Below are positions 7,537-17,060 of a stretch of DNA of 64,000 bases, one piece after another. Made by a program: the position numbers and the translations under genes. Within the stretch, counting starts at the first letter, position 1. Every line of letters begins with the position of its first letter. The notes under the pieces are model-generated. The model saw nothing but the letters and a program-made list of their open reading frames with translations, was not told where the DNA came from and ran no database searches. Origin of the DNA: an uncultured virus (IMG/VR IMGVR_UViG_3300027151_000003) (Duplodnaviria; Heunggongvirae; Uroviricota; Caudoviricetes). Location: IMG/VR virus record IMGVR_UViG_3300027151_000003. One strand, 5' to 3'.

Positions 7537-7708
7537 AGCAGCTGGTGAGAAACACACCATTAAGAAAAATAAAAAAGGCGACATTATTGTCGACCACGCT
7601 GGCAAAAAGGGAAAGTACGATAAAATTAATCTTACGAAGAAAGCTGGCGCTAAGACCGTTAAGGCAGGCGTAAAGGCTACTAAAGATTGGCATAAGAAGA
7701 ATGGCTGA
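7520..7708 (+). CDS. Lys-rich hypothetical protein
   Basis: GTG 7520 with GAGG RBS. Confidence 0.65.
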   Translation: MAKVIKAAGEKHTIKKNKKGDIIVDHAGKKGKYDKINLTKKAGAKTVKAGVKATKDWHKKNG

Positions 7709-7994
7709 AGCTAAGAAGTTTGGACCCTATAAGGGCTCTAAAGAAAATGGCGGACGCCCTATTTACGTCTACAAGAAGAAGGTAGGCGGTAAGTGGGTTA
7801 CTACTTCTAAAAACAAAGCCCGTGCAGACTATGAGTCAAAAAACGGTAAAATTAAATCTAAAGACACAACTGTTGACCACAAGGACAACAACCACAATAA
7901 TGATTCTAAGGGAAACCTTCGCGCTATTTCTCGTAGCAAGAACACTGCTAAAGAAAACAAGCGTCGTGCAGGTAAAAAGGAAAACGAAAAGTAA
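7701..7994 (+). CDS. HNH endonuclease-like protein
   Basis: VDHKDNNHNNDSKGNLRAISRSKN beta-beta-alpha-Me motif. Confidence 0.75.
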   Translation: MAEAKKFGPYKGSKENGGRPIYVYKKKVGGKWVTTSKNKARADYESKNGKIKSKDTTVDHKDNNHNNDSKGNLRAISRSKNTAKENKRRAGKKENEK

Positions 7995-8257
7995 TGCCTA
8001 TTTACCGCAAAGGAGACTCACAGTTTGGTCTTGAAGAAGCTGCCAAACAAGACTTCCATAGTCGTTTAGAGAACGTAAACGTTAAGGACGATGCAAAGTC
8101 CGCACGTATTAACGGAATTACTGTAGGCTCTACAGATATAAAAGTCTCTGATATTAAAGGTGAGTTCCCAGTAAGCGGTGCAGGAATTACAGCAGGAAAA
8201 GAACAGCGTAGATTACGTGAACGCGAAAAGTATCGTGTTAGAGGAAAGGGCTACTAA
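7994..8257 (+). CDS. Hypothetical protein, paralog of 8442-8723
   Basis: N-terminus MPIYRKGDSQF; shared VS(D/E)(I/L)KG..PVS. Confidence 0.7.
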   Translation: MPIYRKGDSQFGLEEAAKQDFHSRLENVNVKDDAKSARINGITVGSTDIKVSDIKGEFPVSGAGITAGKEQRRLREREKYRVRGKGY

Positions 8258-8442
8258 TGTCTGAAGACCATGTAGATAAGCGTAGTGAAAGCCAATTCAA
8301 GAGTCCTTACGAGCCTGATAGCGAGCGCGACCACCGTTGGAGATTTTCTCGTGGAGACGAGACAGCAACACCTAAAGACTCAAAAGGTAACTTAGTCCCA
8401 AAGACATCAGGGTTTTTTGGCGCAATGAAGGGTAAAAAATAA
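8257..8442 (+). CDS. Small hypothetical protein
   Basis: TAATG-coupled at both ends. Confidence 0.65.
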   Translation: MSEDHVDKRSESQFKSPYEPDSERDHRWRFSRGDETATPKDSKGNLVPKTSGFFGAMKGKK

Positions 8443-8723
8443 TGCCTATCTATCGTAAAGGCGATGACCAGTTCTCACTATGGAATCGTGCTAAAGAACA
8501 AGAACGCACTCATGAAAAGTCTGATGCGGACCACGGCGGTTACATTGTTGGTTTAAACCCTAATATGCCTGTAAGTGAGCTTAAAGGTATGGGAGACATG
8601 CCAGTAAGCGCTAAAGGTATGCGTATGGGACAACAGGCTTATCGTTCACAGCAGACTCACCCAAATGTTTGGAAAAACGCTGGTTTCACTCTTTCTGATG
8701 AAAGACATCCACCAAAGAAATGA
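8442..8723 (+). CDS. Hypothetical protein, paralog of 7994-8257
   Basis: N-terminus MPIYRKGDDQF. Confidence 0.7.
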   Translation: MPIYRKGDDQFSLWNRAKEQERTHEKSDADHGGYIVGLNPNMPVSELKGMGDMPVSAKGMRMGQQAYRSQQTHPNVWKNAGFTLSDERHPPKK

Positions 8724-8929
8724 GCAGCTCAGCTAAAGACCGCGGAAATAATCCAGCTCGCAGATTTTTTCCATCTAACAAGGAAATGTCTGATATATTA
8801 AAAGACAGTCCTCTTGGACCAATGCCTGGACCTTCACAACGTCGTCGTAATCGTGCAGAAGGAAAGAAGTTTAATAAAGCCATGGATGCAGAACATGCAC
8901 GTGGTGATGAAAACTGGCCACCTAAATAA
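8720..8929 (+). CDS. Small basic hypothetical protein
   Basis: ATGA overlap. Confidence 0.65.
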   Translation: MSSSAKDRGNNPARRFFPSNKEMSDILKDSPLGPMPGPSQRRRNRAEGKKFNKAMDAEHARGDENWPPK

Positions 8930-8943
8930 AGAGAGGTAATACC

Positions 8944-9138
8944 ATGGAAACTGTTGTACAGACACGTGAGCTTACAGCGGATGATAGGTGTGACCTTTGT
9001 AGCGCGGCTGCACAAGTTGTGTTTACGTTTTTACAAGGTGATTTATATTTTTGCGGACATCACGCAAAAGAAAAAAGCACAGCTTTGTTATCACAGTCAA
9101 TAGATTTATTTGACCCGTTCAATTATATAAATAAATAG
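8944..9138 (+). CDS. Small zinc-binding protein of actinobacterial type
   Basis: LTADDRCDLC...LYFCGHH motif recalled from conserved actinobacterial small proteins; GAGG RBS. Confidence 0.7.
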   Translation: METVVQTRELTADDRCDLCSAAAQVVFTFLQGDLYFCGHHAKEKSTALLSQSIDLFDPFNYINK

Positions 9139-9189
9139 TAATATGGTCCTGTTAGTATTTCACTACGGGAAGAGAAATAAATAATCACA

Positions 9190-11847
9190 CTGCGTATACT
9201 CGCAGCACTATTTCTTACATTATTTCTTTATTTATTAGGGCAACAATCCGCCTACGCAACTGAACCTGCTCCTGAACAGCAGGTTATTTCCCCTGCTCCT
9301 TCGGACGGAGCGACTGTAACGAGCGGTCCATCGCAAGGCGAGACTCCCGCTGTAACCACCCCTCCTGCGTCTTCTGGAGACTCTGCACCAACTTCTGAGC
9401 CTCAGCCGTCTCCTTCTTCAACTGGTTCAACTCCACCAGTAACCGAATCTTCATCCAGCGGAACGCCATCGACCAGCCAATCCACCACACCAGAGGCAAC
9501 ACCAACAACCACAACAGCTCCTGAGACACCTACAGTTACCTCCGTACAAGAGAAAATTGATACAGCAACAGCTACTGTTGCTAACACAATTATACCAATA
9601 GCAGCGGCTTCTGATACTGCTGTTGTAACAGCTGTTGCAGAGGCAACTACAGCAATTGCAGCGGCAGAGTCAGCAACAGCCGTAGCAGTAATTGCTGTTG
9701 CAGCAGTAGAGTCTCAAACAGCAGTAGTAGCCGTAGTAACGCAAGACGTTACTACTGCAACCGCAGTTGTTGCTACAGCCACAGCAGCAGTGGAGTCTCA
9801 AACAGCGGTAGTAGCAACAGATACAGCTGCAGTAGCAACAGCCACAACTGCTTTACAAGTAGCAACTACGCTACCCGCTAACGCTATTACCTATACAACA
9901 CCTGGTTATGTAGCCCCAGTTGCCCCAGCCGTTCCTACTGTTACAACAACAGTTCTTCCAGCAATGGGAGATGACGCTGCAAAAATAACAACCCCGTTTG
10001 ATATTAAAATGGGAACAACAGTATTTGAAGGACAGGGAACAGACAGTCAGATATATGTAAGCCCTAAAGGAATTATTTCATTTGGTGGAAAAGATTACAC
10101 ATACTGGGACTGGCCTAACATGAAGCCAAACGGTATTTATGTATTTCAATCTGACTTTATGAGCAGTGGTACAGATGCAAAAATTACTGTTACTACAACA
10201 GAAACCACTTTAAGTGTGGATTGGGATGTGCATAAATGGGGAGATAGCCAAGGCCCTCTTACTAATATGAACTGGGATATGACAGTTAACCCAGCAACAG
10301 GTGAGTGGACTGGCATAGGAACCATGTCTGGAAGCACTGTTGTATACGGTGGGCCTAGAAGTGGTGTTAGACAAGACGGGGTTTTAACTCAACTAACCGC
10401 AGTAACTAATACTCAAAAAGAAGCCATAGTTGCAACCGCTACAACTACTTTAGCAACTGCTCAAACAACTCTTACTACTGATACTGCCGTTCTTGCAACG
10501 CTTACAGAAGTGAAAACAACAGCAGTGACAGCACTTGCAGAAGTTCAGACCACACTAACAACAGAAACTCAAACATTAACTAACCTCCAATCAGCGCAGA
10601 ATATCGCTTTAACAACAGCAAATCAATTAGCTGACACTGCAATTATAAAAGCTGAAGCTATCGCTCCTGTGGTGTCCAGTACGAACTCTCGTATTGAAGC
10701 GGAGGCTCAGGCTGCTGCGCTACTAGCGGCTCAACAGGCTGCTGCTGCTCAGGCTGCTGCGGCTCAACAGGCTGCTGCGGCTGCTGCGGCTGCTCAGGCT
10801 GCTCAGGCTGCTCAGGCTGCTCAGGCTGCTCAGGCTGCTGCTGAAGCTGCTGCTCAAGCAGCTGCTTCTTCTTCAACGCCACCTGCGCCTGTAGTTCCAG
10901 AAAACCCAACGTCTCCTGTTGTCGATGAGCCAACCACTCCTCCTCAGACAGATTCTGAAAGTCCATCTACTGAGCCTGATACAGAAACGCCATCAGAACC
11001 CACAGAAGAGCAACCACCAGTGGAAGAGCCCGAAGAGCCAGTCGTAGAAGACGAGGAGACTCCTTCGGAAGTCGAACCACCCGTGGAAGAAGAAGTACAA
11101 CCAGAGTTACCAGAAACAGAGCCAGAAAATCCGTCAGAAGAATCATTACCAGAGGATATCACAACTGAAGAAGAAGTTGCTAGTCCTGAAGAGGAAGTAG
11201 TTGTTACAGAAGAGGAATCTGTAGGTAATGCAGTAGAGGACGTTCTATCTGATGGCAAACTTACAGCTGCTGATGCTGAAGATGTTATGGATGCACTAAA
11301 CGCAGACGGTGAGGTTACCGCTGAGGAAGTTACAGCCCTAGTTGACGCCCTACAGGAAGACGGCAAACTTAGCGAGGCTGAGAAAGACCTAGTTGCTACA
11401 GCACTCATTGAGTCTGTAGCCCCAGGTGAGGCCCTTACAAAAGAGCAAATTCAAGATGCTGGAATTGAGTATAAGGACCTTCCAGCAGAGACACCTGTCG
11501 AGGTTAGGCAGGATGAAAACGGAAATGAAGTTATAATTACAGCAGACGTTGCTGCAGCACTCGTGCTACTAGAGAGCCCTGCAGAGTTAATTGGCGCAAT
11601 ATTTGATGACCCTGGTCAAGCCCTGAAAGCACTTGGAAGTATTGGTGCTGATATGTCCCCCGAAGAACGTGAAGAAGCAACCGAAATGGTAGTCGCTGCC
11701 GTTGTTGCTGCGGGCGCTGCTATTAATGCAGTTGGTGCAGCAGCAGGAGCTACTGGTGGAAGCACTGGTGGTTCAAGTGGTGGAGGAAGTTCTGGAGGCG
11801 GAGGCGCCTCTGGAGAGTCAAAAGGAACTAGGAGACGCAGAACTTGA
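9190..11847 (+). CDS. Large secreted, C-terminally membrane-anchored low-complexity protein (probable CTG start)
   Basis: Frame open from 9181; signal peptide (M)RILAALFLTLFLYLLGQQSAYA; Thr/Ala, AQA and Glu/Pro tracts; C-terminal hydrophobic helix, Gly linker, RRRRT. Confidence 0.75.
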   Translation: MRILAALFLTLFLYLLGQQSAYATEPAPEQQVISPAPSDGATVTSGPSQGETPAVTTPPASSGDSAPTSEPQPSPSSTGSTPPVTESSSSGTPSTSQSTTPEATPTTTTAPETPTVTSVQEKIDTATATVANTIIPIAAASDTAVVTAVAEATTAIAAAESATAVAVIAVAAVESQTAVVAVVTQDVTTATAVVATATAAVESQTAVVATDTAAVATATTALQVATTLPANAITYTTPGYVAPVAPAVPTVTTTVLPAMGDDAAKITTPFDIKMGTTVFEGQGTDSQIYVSPKGIISFGGKDYTYWDWPNMKPNGIYVFQSDFMSSGTDAKITVTTTETTLSVDWDVHKWGDSQGPLTNMNWDMTVNPATGEWTGIGTMSGSTVVYGGPRSGVRQDGVLTQLTAVTNTQKEAIVATATTTLATAQTTLTTDTAVLATLTEVKTTAVTALAEVQTTLTTETQTLTNLQSAQNIALTTANQLADTAIIKAEAIAPVVSSTNSRIEAEAQAAALLAAQQAAAAQAAAAQQAAAAAAAAQAAQAAQAAQAAQAAAEAAAQAAASSSTPPAPVVPENPTSPVVDEPTTPPQTDSESPSTEPDTETPSEPTEEQPPVEEPEEPVVEDEETPSEVEPPVEEEVQPELPETEPENPSEESLPEDITTEEEVASPEEEVVVTEEESVGNAVEDVLSDGKLTAADAEDVMDALNADGEVTAEEVTALVDALQEDGKLSEAEKDLVATALIESVAPGEALTKEQIQDAGIEYKDLPAETPVEVRQDENGNEVIITADVAAALVLLESPAELIGAIFDDPGQALKALGSIGADMSPEEREEATEMVVAAVVAAGAAINAVGAAAGATGGSTGGSSGGGSSGGGGASGESKGTRRRRT
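10703..10866 (+). repeat. Coding tandem repeat (GCTCAGGCT)n, AQA
   Basis: 9-bp unit repeated in tandem. Confidence 0.9.
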
Positions 11848-12014
11848 AAATTATAAGAGACATGATTGACCAACTATGGACACTGCTTGGCATGTTCATT
11901 GCATGGGTAGTACTAGACGGTTCAGCAAAAACAATCGTTGGTTACGCAATTATTGGAACTTTGGTTGCTTGGGCTGTTACCTACCCACTACGAAACCCAA
12001 AAGATGAGGAATAA
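11844..12014 (+). CDS. Small 2-TM membrane protein (56 aa, not in ORF track)
   Basis: TTGA overlap; DQLWTLLGMFIAWVVLDGSAKTIVGYAIIGTLVAW. Confidence 0.7.
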   Translation: MKIIRDMIDQLWTLLGMFIAWVVLDGSAKTIVGYAIIGTLVAWAVTYPLRNPKDEE

Positions 12015-12383
12015 ATGAAATCAATAGGAAACATTCTTCTGAGAATCCTTGCAACATTTGCTGCTAGTGGTCTCTCAGTAATTGGTGCAGGTGCCATTGC
12101 TGGCGTCGACACTATCACAGCAATAACAGTAGCTGGTTTAACAGCGGTTGCCGCAGTCGTAGAGAAGCTAGCACGTGGTTTTATGAATGACGGCAAGCTA
12201 GACCTAGAAGAAATTAATGCAGCGTTTGCAGCAGTTGATGTTAACTCTAAAACAGAAGCTGACCTAAAGGTAGAAGCTAAGCAAAATGGAACTGACATCA
12301 TTATTTCTGCTCCAACATCAGGAAAGCCAGAAGGCGAAGTCCCTGAAGAGCAGCCAGTTGATGAAGATTGGGATAAGCGATAA
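12015..12383 (+). CDS. Holin-like membrane protein
   Basis: Two TM segments, acidic tail, directly upstream of endolysin. Confidence 0.55.
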   Translation: MKSIGNILLRILATFAASGLSVIGAGAIAGVDTITAITVAGLTAVAAVVEKLARGFMNDGKLDLEEINAAFAAVDVNSKTEADLKVEAKQNGTDIIISAPTSGKPEGEVPEEQPVDEDWDKR

Positions 12384-12937
12384 TGGCAGACCAAGGCACA
12401 GCAGCTAAACTCATTGAAGTTGCAACAGCAGAACTAGGAACCATTGAAGGTCCTAAAGACAACGAAACCAAGTACGGCGCTTACACAAAGGCTAACTTTC
12501 AGCCATGGTGTGGGTCTTTTGTAAACTGGTGCGCTAACGAGGCTGGAGTAAAGGTTCCTAATACCGTTTACACACCAGGTGGCGCAGCAGCGTTTAAGAA
12601 GGCTAACGCTTGGATTGATGGAGACATTGCAGACCCAGATGCTGGAGATATCGCGTATTTTGATTTCCCATCAGATGGCGTCGATAGAATCTCTCACGTA
12701 GGCATTGTTATCAAAGACAATGGCGACGGCACAGTTTGGTGCATTGAAGGAAATACCAGCCCAGATGACAAGGGAAGCCAAAGAAATGGCGGACAAGTTT
12801 CTAAGAAACTCCGTGCCTACAAGAAAAACCCTAAGAAGGTTCAAATTTCTATCGTAGGTTTTGGTCGACCTAAGTTTGGTGCCACACCAGCTGCAAAAGT
12901 AAAAGCAGCGGATAAGTGCCCAACCTGCGGTAAGTAA
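12383..12937 (+). CDS. CHAP-domain endolysin
   Basis: QPWCGSFVNW, SHVGIV, IEGNT catalytic motifs. Confidence 0.9.
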   Translation: MADQGTAAKLIEVATAELGTIEGPKDNETKYGAYTKANFQPWCGSFVNWCANEAGVKVPNTVYTPGGAAAFKKANAWIDGDIADPDAGDIAYFDFPSDGVDRISHVGIVIKDNGDGTVWCIEGNTSPDDKGSQRNGGQVSKKLRAYKKNPKKVQISIVGFGRPKFGATPAAKVKAADKCPTCGK

Positions 12938-13033
12938 TTGTACTATCTAACACATATCACCTTCCAAGGGGTGTTTCTTGTAACTTTGGTTGCAGTAATA
13001 CTCCTTGGGTGCTGGTGGGCGGAGCGTGGATGA
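12938..13033 (+). CDS. 31-aa single-TM peptide
   Basis: Abuts the endolysin stop; hydrophobic stretch. Confidence 0.45.
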   Translation: MYYLTHITFQGVFLVTLVAVILLGCWWAERG

Positions 13034-13148
13034 TTCCGAGCGCTTAAAGCGCTGGACCTGCGCTTTATGTAATAAACGTTATGTAGTCCCTGATTTAGCC
13101 AGAATGTGCGAGGAGAAGCACCTACAATCAGAGTATGGGAATGATTAA
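13026..13148 (+). CDS. 40-aa zinc-finger-like protein
   Basis: WTCALCNKRYVVPDLARMCEEKH. Confidence 0.55.
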   Translation: MDDSERLKRWTCALCNKRYVVPDLARMCEEKHLQSEYGND

Positions 13149-13518
13149 ACGAAACTCTAGAGTTAGCTCTAAAAACGTTACTATTGGCGGAATCGAATCC
13201 TTAGCTGCAAATGCTAAGACTGGCCGTTCAAAAGGCCTACCTAAAATGCAGTCTACACAAGCTGGCACTAATTCTATATTAAAAAGCCGTGCTAGAGCAG
13301 AGGCAAAAGGTAAAAAGTCAGCTCCAGTTAAAAAGGCAGCTCCAGCTAAAGCTCCATCTAAAGCTCCAGTTAAAAAGGCAGCTACCAAACCACCAGCTAA
13401 ATTTAAAGAAAAAAAGCCAGAAGCCAAATCATTTGGTTTTGGCTCCGATACCGCACACCTTCCTGCCGTAGACCTCACTAAACTTGACGGACCACGAGTA
13501 AAAAATGGCAAAAAGTAG
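13141..13518 (+). CDS. Histone H1-like Lys/Ala/Pro-rich protein
   Basis: APVKKAAPAKAPSKAPVKKAA repeats. Confidence 0.7.
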   Translation: MIKRNSRVSSKNVTIGGIESLAANAKTGRSKGLPKMQSTQAGTNSILKSRARAEAKGKKSAPVKKAAPAKAPSKAPVKKAATKPPAKFKEKKPEAKSFGFGSDTAHLPAVDLTKLDGPRVKNGKK

Positions 13519-13687
13519 AAAATCACAGAAGGCTAAAATAACTTCTTCTGTCACTTCAGAAACCAAGTCTTCAATTAAATCTTCTATTTCTAGCCCTCGC
13601 CAATTTCGTGACCGAAAGACCTTTGTGACTTCTCCAATTAAGCCTAAGGACACGCATGCGCTACAATGGAGTCGTTGGAATCCATGA
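13505..13687 (+). CDS. Small basic protein
   Basis: Overlap-coupled ORF. Confidence 0.6.
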   Translation: MAKSRKSQKAKITSSVTSETKSSIKSSISSPRQFRDRKTFVTSPIKPKDTHALQWSRWNP

Positions 13688-13842
13688 GAAAAAAAGAGTT
13701 TAAGTCGGCAAAAGTGAAAGTTTTGCATATTAGGGATTCCAGATTTGGTATAAGAAAGCTATTCTTGACCGATAAAGAAAAACCTAGCATAGGGGCTTGG
13801 AACAGACCAGGCCGCGGACCAAATGGCGAAAGCCAGAACTAG
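13684..13842 (+). CDS. Small basic protein (52 aa, not in ORF track)
   Basis: ATGA overlap, fills gap. Confidence 0.55.
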   Translation: MRKKEFKSAKVKVLHIRDSRFGIRKLFLTDKEKPSIGAWNRPGRGPNGESQN

Positions 13843-13859
13843 CATTTGAAAGGACTACC

Positions 13860-14654
13860 ATGGCAGCATCATATCCAGGTTCCGTACGAGTATTTGATAC
13901 TAAGTACAACATTACCGACACTGTAGACGCATCACACCCAAACTCACTTCAAGAAGAAGTTGTTGCAATCCAGTCAATTGTTGGTACTAATCCCCAAACC
14001 TCTGTAGCAGCAAACCCGTCCGCAACATTTAACGCTGCCTCTACTTCTTATGAAAGCTTAAGCGCACGTCTAGGTAATATTGAAAACGGCGTTGTTGCTG
14101 ACTCCCACACCCAGTACCTTCGCAAATCTGCTGATGGAGATAGCAGCAACCGAGTAGATACAAATGGAGCAACCCGCAGAGGTATTATTGTTCGCGGTGC
14201 TTTAAATCAATCAGCCAACCTTCAAGAGTGGCAAAACAGCATTGGCGTTATTCAAGCAGCTGTTACCCCAGCGGGTCTTTATACAGGTACTATTAACGCT
14301 TCTAGTATTGTTGGCTCAGTTACCGCAATTCCTCAAGATGCAACTATTGAACAACGCACATCAAGCTTTACTGTGACTACATCCAGTAAAAACAATGTTA
14401 TTTGGTGCACCAACACTGGCGCAGCTATGACTATTACTATTCCTTTAAACACATCAGTTGGTGGAAATTTTCCAGTAGGTTCTCAATTTACTGTTCTTAG
14501 AGGACAAACACAGACTGTAACTTTTGCTCCAGAATCTGGTTCTGTAACTATTGGCGCTACTCCTGGAAACTCACTACGTGCTCAGTGGTCTGCTGCAACA
14601 GTTTTAAAACTTGCTGACAACACCTGGACAATCCTCGGCGATTTGAGTGCTTAA
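13860..14654 (+). CDS. Putative virion fibre or minor structural protein
   Basis: GAAAGGA RBS; C-terminal FPVGSQFTV...LRAQWSAATVLKLADNTWTILGDL module typical of phage fibre proteins. Confidence 0.7.
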   Translation: MAASYPGSVRVFDTKYNITDTVDASHPNSLQEEVVAIQSIVGTNPQTSVAANPSATFNAASTSYESLSARLGNIENGVVADSHTQYLRKSADGDSSNRVDTNGATRRGIIVRGALNQSANLQEWQNSIGVIQAAVTPAGLYTGTINASSIVGSVTAIPQDATIEQRTSSFTVTTSSKNNVIWCTNTGAAMTITIPLNTSVGGNFPVGSQFTVLRGQTQTVTFAPESGSVTIGATPGNSLRAQWSAATVLKLADNTWTILGDLSA

Positions 14655-16429
14655 TGCGGGCAATAATTGGGTTAGTGGATTCCCAAAAAAAGGTACCGCC
14701 ATCAGCTCCAGTTATATCAGCCGCTGAAGATACAGGTTCCAATCGGGATTTTGATAATGGTGCGGCTTCTTTAACTTGGGCTACGCCAACTTTTAATGGT
14801 AAGTCAGCTATTGTTGGCTATGACATTACCGCTACTGACGAAGACAACGCCACTGTTACTTTTAGCACAGGGGTTGTAAATAACTCTAGTATTTCAGGAC
14901 TTAAGTCTGGTAAAAAATACACATATAGAATTAAAGCGCGTAATGGTGGCGGTTCTGGCTCAGATTCTGCTGGCAGAGGCCCAGTTACAGCTACTACAAA
15001 ACCTGGTATTCCATTAAACGTAACCGCTGTTAATTTAAATAATGGCTCTCAAGCCACAGTAACCTGGACTGCGGGAGCTAACGGCGGTTCTACAATCACT
15101 GGCTATATAGTAACTACTTCTCCAGGAGGAGCAACCACTACTACAAGTAGTACTAACATAACAGTCGGTAGTTTAACAAATGGTTCCTCTTATACTTTTA
15201 CAGTAACAGCTACAAATGTAAATGGTACTAGCTCTTCATCAAACGTATCCAACTCAATTACTATTACCCAACCAGTTGTTGTTTCACCGCCACCACCACA
15301 AACTGGCTGTACATCTTGTTATAGCGATTCTGGACAATCTTATTGCTCTGGCAGTAGTACTGTTATTAACCAGATAGACGGCTGCTGCGGCAGAGGTACG
15401 ATAGTAAGAACCATCAGCGGAAACCCTTTGGGCTGTGGTGCAATTTCTGAGGTATTCCCTTGTCCTACAGATTCTGGAACATCTTATTGCTCTGGTAATG
15501 ACTTGGTAATTAACCGAGTAGATTTATGTTATGGAACACCTCAATCGCCTAGAGTAGTTACCGCAAATGGCTGTGTGACAACACCTCCTGTTCGCACTCT
15601 TCTTTATTCATACACCGAGTACCGAGCTCAATGCTGCGGTCGTATGCTTATTGGAGTTTACTCAGACGGTACAGAGAGCAATTTAGGGTGTCAGAGTTCT
15701 TGCGGTGGTTTTGTTGTTACACCAACTGCACCAATTGTTACACCAACTGCACCAGTTACACCAACTGCACCAGTTACACCAACTGCACCAATTTTTACCC
15801 CTGTTCCTGGCATCTCTCCCGCTCCTTTTGGACCTGGAATACCTAATACTCCTAGTACACCATCAGCCCCATGGCCAGAGTATTTTTACGCAGGGCCTCC
15901 ACCAGGCCAAACTGGAGCTCCAACAGCCCCAGTTCCAAGATACCCTTACTATTGCTTAGATATTAATGCCGCAATACCTACACCTGAGGGTGATAAGCGT
16001 TTGGCTGATTTAAAAATTGGCGACCAAGTTATTACCGCAAGATTTAAAGAAATTGACCCAGACGACCCAAATGCCGATTTAATTATTGATACTTGGAGTA
16101 TTGATAACTTAACGTATGAGGAGTTAGATATTACAACTATTGTTAATATCCGTTCCTGGGAAGAAACTGGGCGCTACACTATCAACAATAAGATTAAATG
16201 CACTGGTACGCACCCATTTATTTCTAAAGAAGCAGCAGACGGGCGATATTACTACACTAGAGCCTCAAGTCTAGTAGAGGGAGATATGCTGTTTGATGGA
16301 GACCTTGAAGCTTGGGTACCAGTAACTAGCATTGACTACGAACCAAATGTAAGATTTACAGTAAGAACCCTTAGCACCGAGCCTTACGATATGTTCTTTG
16401 CAGAGGGTATACTAGTTCACAACAAGTAA
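14654..16429 (+). CDS. FN3x2, Cys-rich and Pro-rich protein with C-terminal Hint (intein-like) domain
   Basis: Two FN3 repeats ([31 protein letters not shown]); Hint from Cys434: CLDINA, LKIGDQV, TGTHPF, GILVHNK. Confidence 0.85.
   Translation: MRAIIGLVDSQKKVPPSAPVISAAEDTGSNRDFDNGAASLTWATPTFNGKSAIVGYDITATDEDNATVTFSTGVVNNSSISGLKSGKKYTYRIKARNGGGSGSDSAGRGPVTATTKPGIPLNVTAVNLNNGSQATVTWTAGANGGSTITGYIVTTSPGGATTTTSSTNITVGSLTNGSSYTFTVTATNVNGTSSSSNVSNSITITQPVVVSPPPPQTGCTSCYSDSGQSYCSGSSTVINQIDGCCGRGTIVRTISGNPLGCGAISEVFPCPTDSGTSYCSGNDLVINRVDLCYGTPQSPRVVTANGCVTTPPVRTLLYSYTEYRAQCCGRMLIGVYSDGTESNLGCQSSCGGFVVTPTAPIVTPTAPVTPTAPVTPTAPIFTPVPGISPAPFGPGIPNTPSTPSAPWPEYFYAGPPPGQTGAPTAPVPRYPYYCLDINAAIPTPEGDKRLADLKIGDQVITARFKEIDPDDPNADLIIDTWSIDNLTYEELDITTIVNIRSWEETGRYTINNKIKCTGTHPFISKEAADGRYYYTRASSLVEGDMLFDGDLEAWVPVTSIDYEPNVRFTVRTLSTEPYDMFFAEGILVHNK
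15716..15790 (+). repeat. Coding repeat TPTAP(I)V x4
   Basis: 18-21 bp units ACACCAACTGCACCA(A/G)TT. Confidence 0.9.
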
Positions 16430-16439
16430 AGGACCTGAT

Positions 16440-17060
16440 ATGGAACAAGAAGTTGTCGCACCAGGCATTGTTTTGTTTAAAGACATTGTACCTGACTATA
16501 AAGAGCTTATTAAAGAGATTGAATTTGTAGCCAACTCTCCATCTAAAGTTGTTAGATGGAAACGCGCTCTTGTAGGAAGCGATGCCACAGGCACTGCAAA
16601 AAGTGAGCATCGCAACAACTCTAGTATGGGCCTCAATGCTGAGTGGTCTACTCTAGAAAATCAAGAATTAGCCGCTGGCGGTCATCTTGCAGCAAAAATG
16701 GTAGGGCTTATGGATTTATGTTACACAGAGTACAAAAAAATATATCCCGCTGTAAATTCTGCTGAAATGCCTATTGCTCCTATTGTATTAAAATACCAAA
16801 CTGGTCAAGAGTACAAAATGCATGCAGACGCTGGTGGAGGAAACAGTCGAGTTTTGTCTTTAGTTTGGTACGTAAATGATGACTACGTTGGTGGTGAGTT
16901 AGAGTTTCCATACTTTAATTACAAATTAAAACCACCAGCAAATTCTATGATTTTCTTCCCTTCTAATTATATTTACGCCCATATAGCCCACCCAGTACAA
17001 GAAAATACAAAGTACGCTGTTGTTTCTTGGATTTTAGAAGATATCCACAGTCATGCCTAA
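16440..17060 (+). CDS. 2OG-Fe(II) oxygenase, prolyl-4-hydroxylase-like
   Basis: HAD...YVNDDYVGGELEF...FPSNYIYAH...KY. Confidence 0.9.
   Translation: MEQEVVAPGIVLFKDIVPDYKELIKEIEFVANSPSKVVRWKRALVGSDATGTAKSEHRNNSSMGLNAEWSTLENQELAAGGHLAAKMVGLMDLCYTEYKKIYPAVNSAEMPIAPIVLKYQTGQEYKMHADAGGGNSRVLSLVWYVNDDYVGGELEFPYFNYKLKPPANSMIFFPSNYIYAHIAHPVQENTKYAVVSWILEDIHSHA

Noticed and set aside
7701..7994. HNH as part of an intron or a defence system
   Set aside because: Free-standing 97-aa ORF coupled to its neighbours; no interrupted gene or intron structure seen.
15953..16429. Mobile homing intein
   Set aside because: No endonuclease domain and no C-extein with a Cys/Ser/Thr nucleophile.
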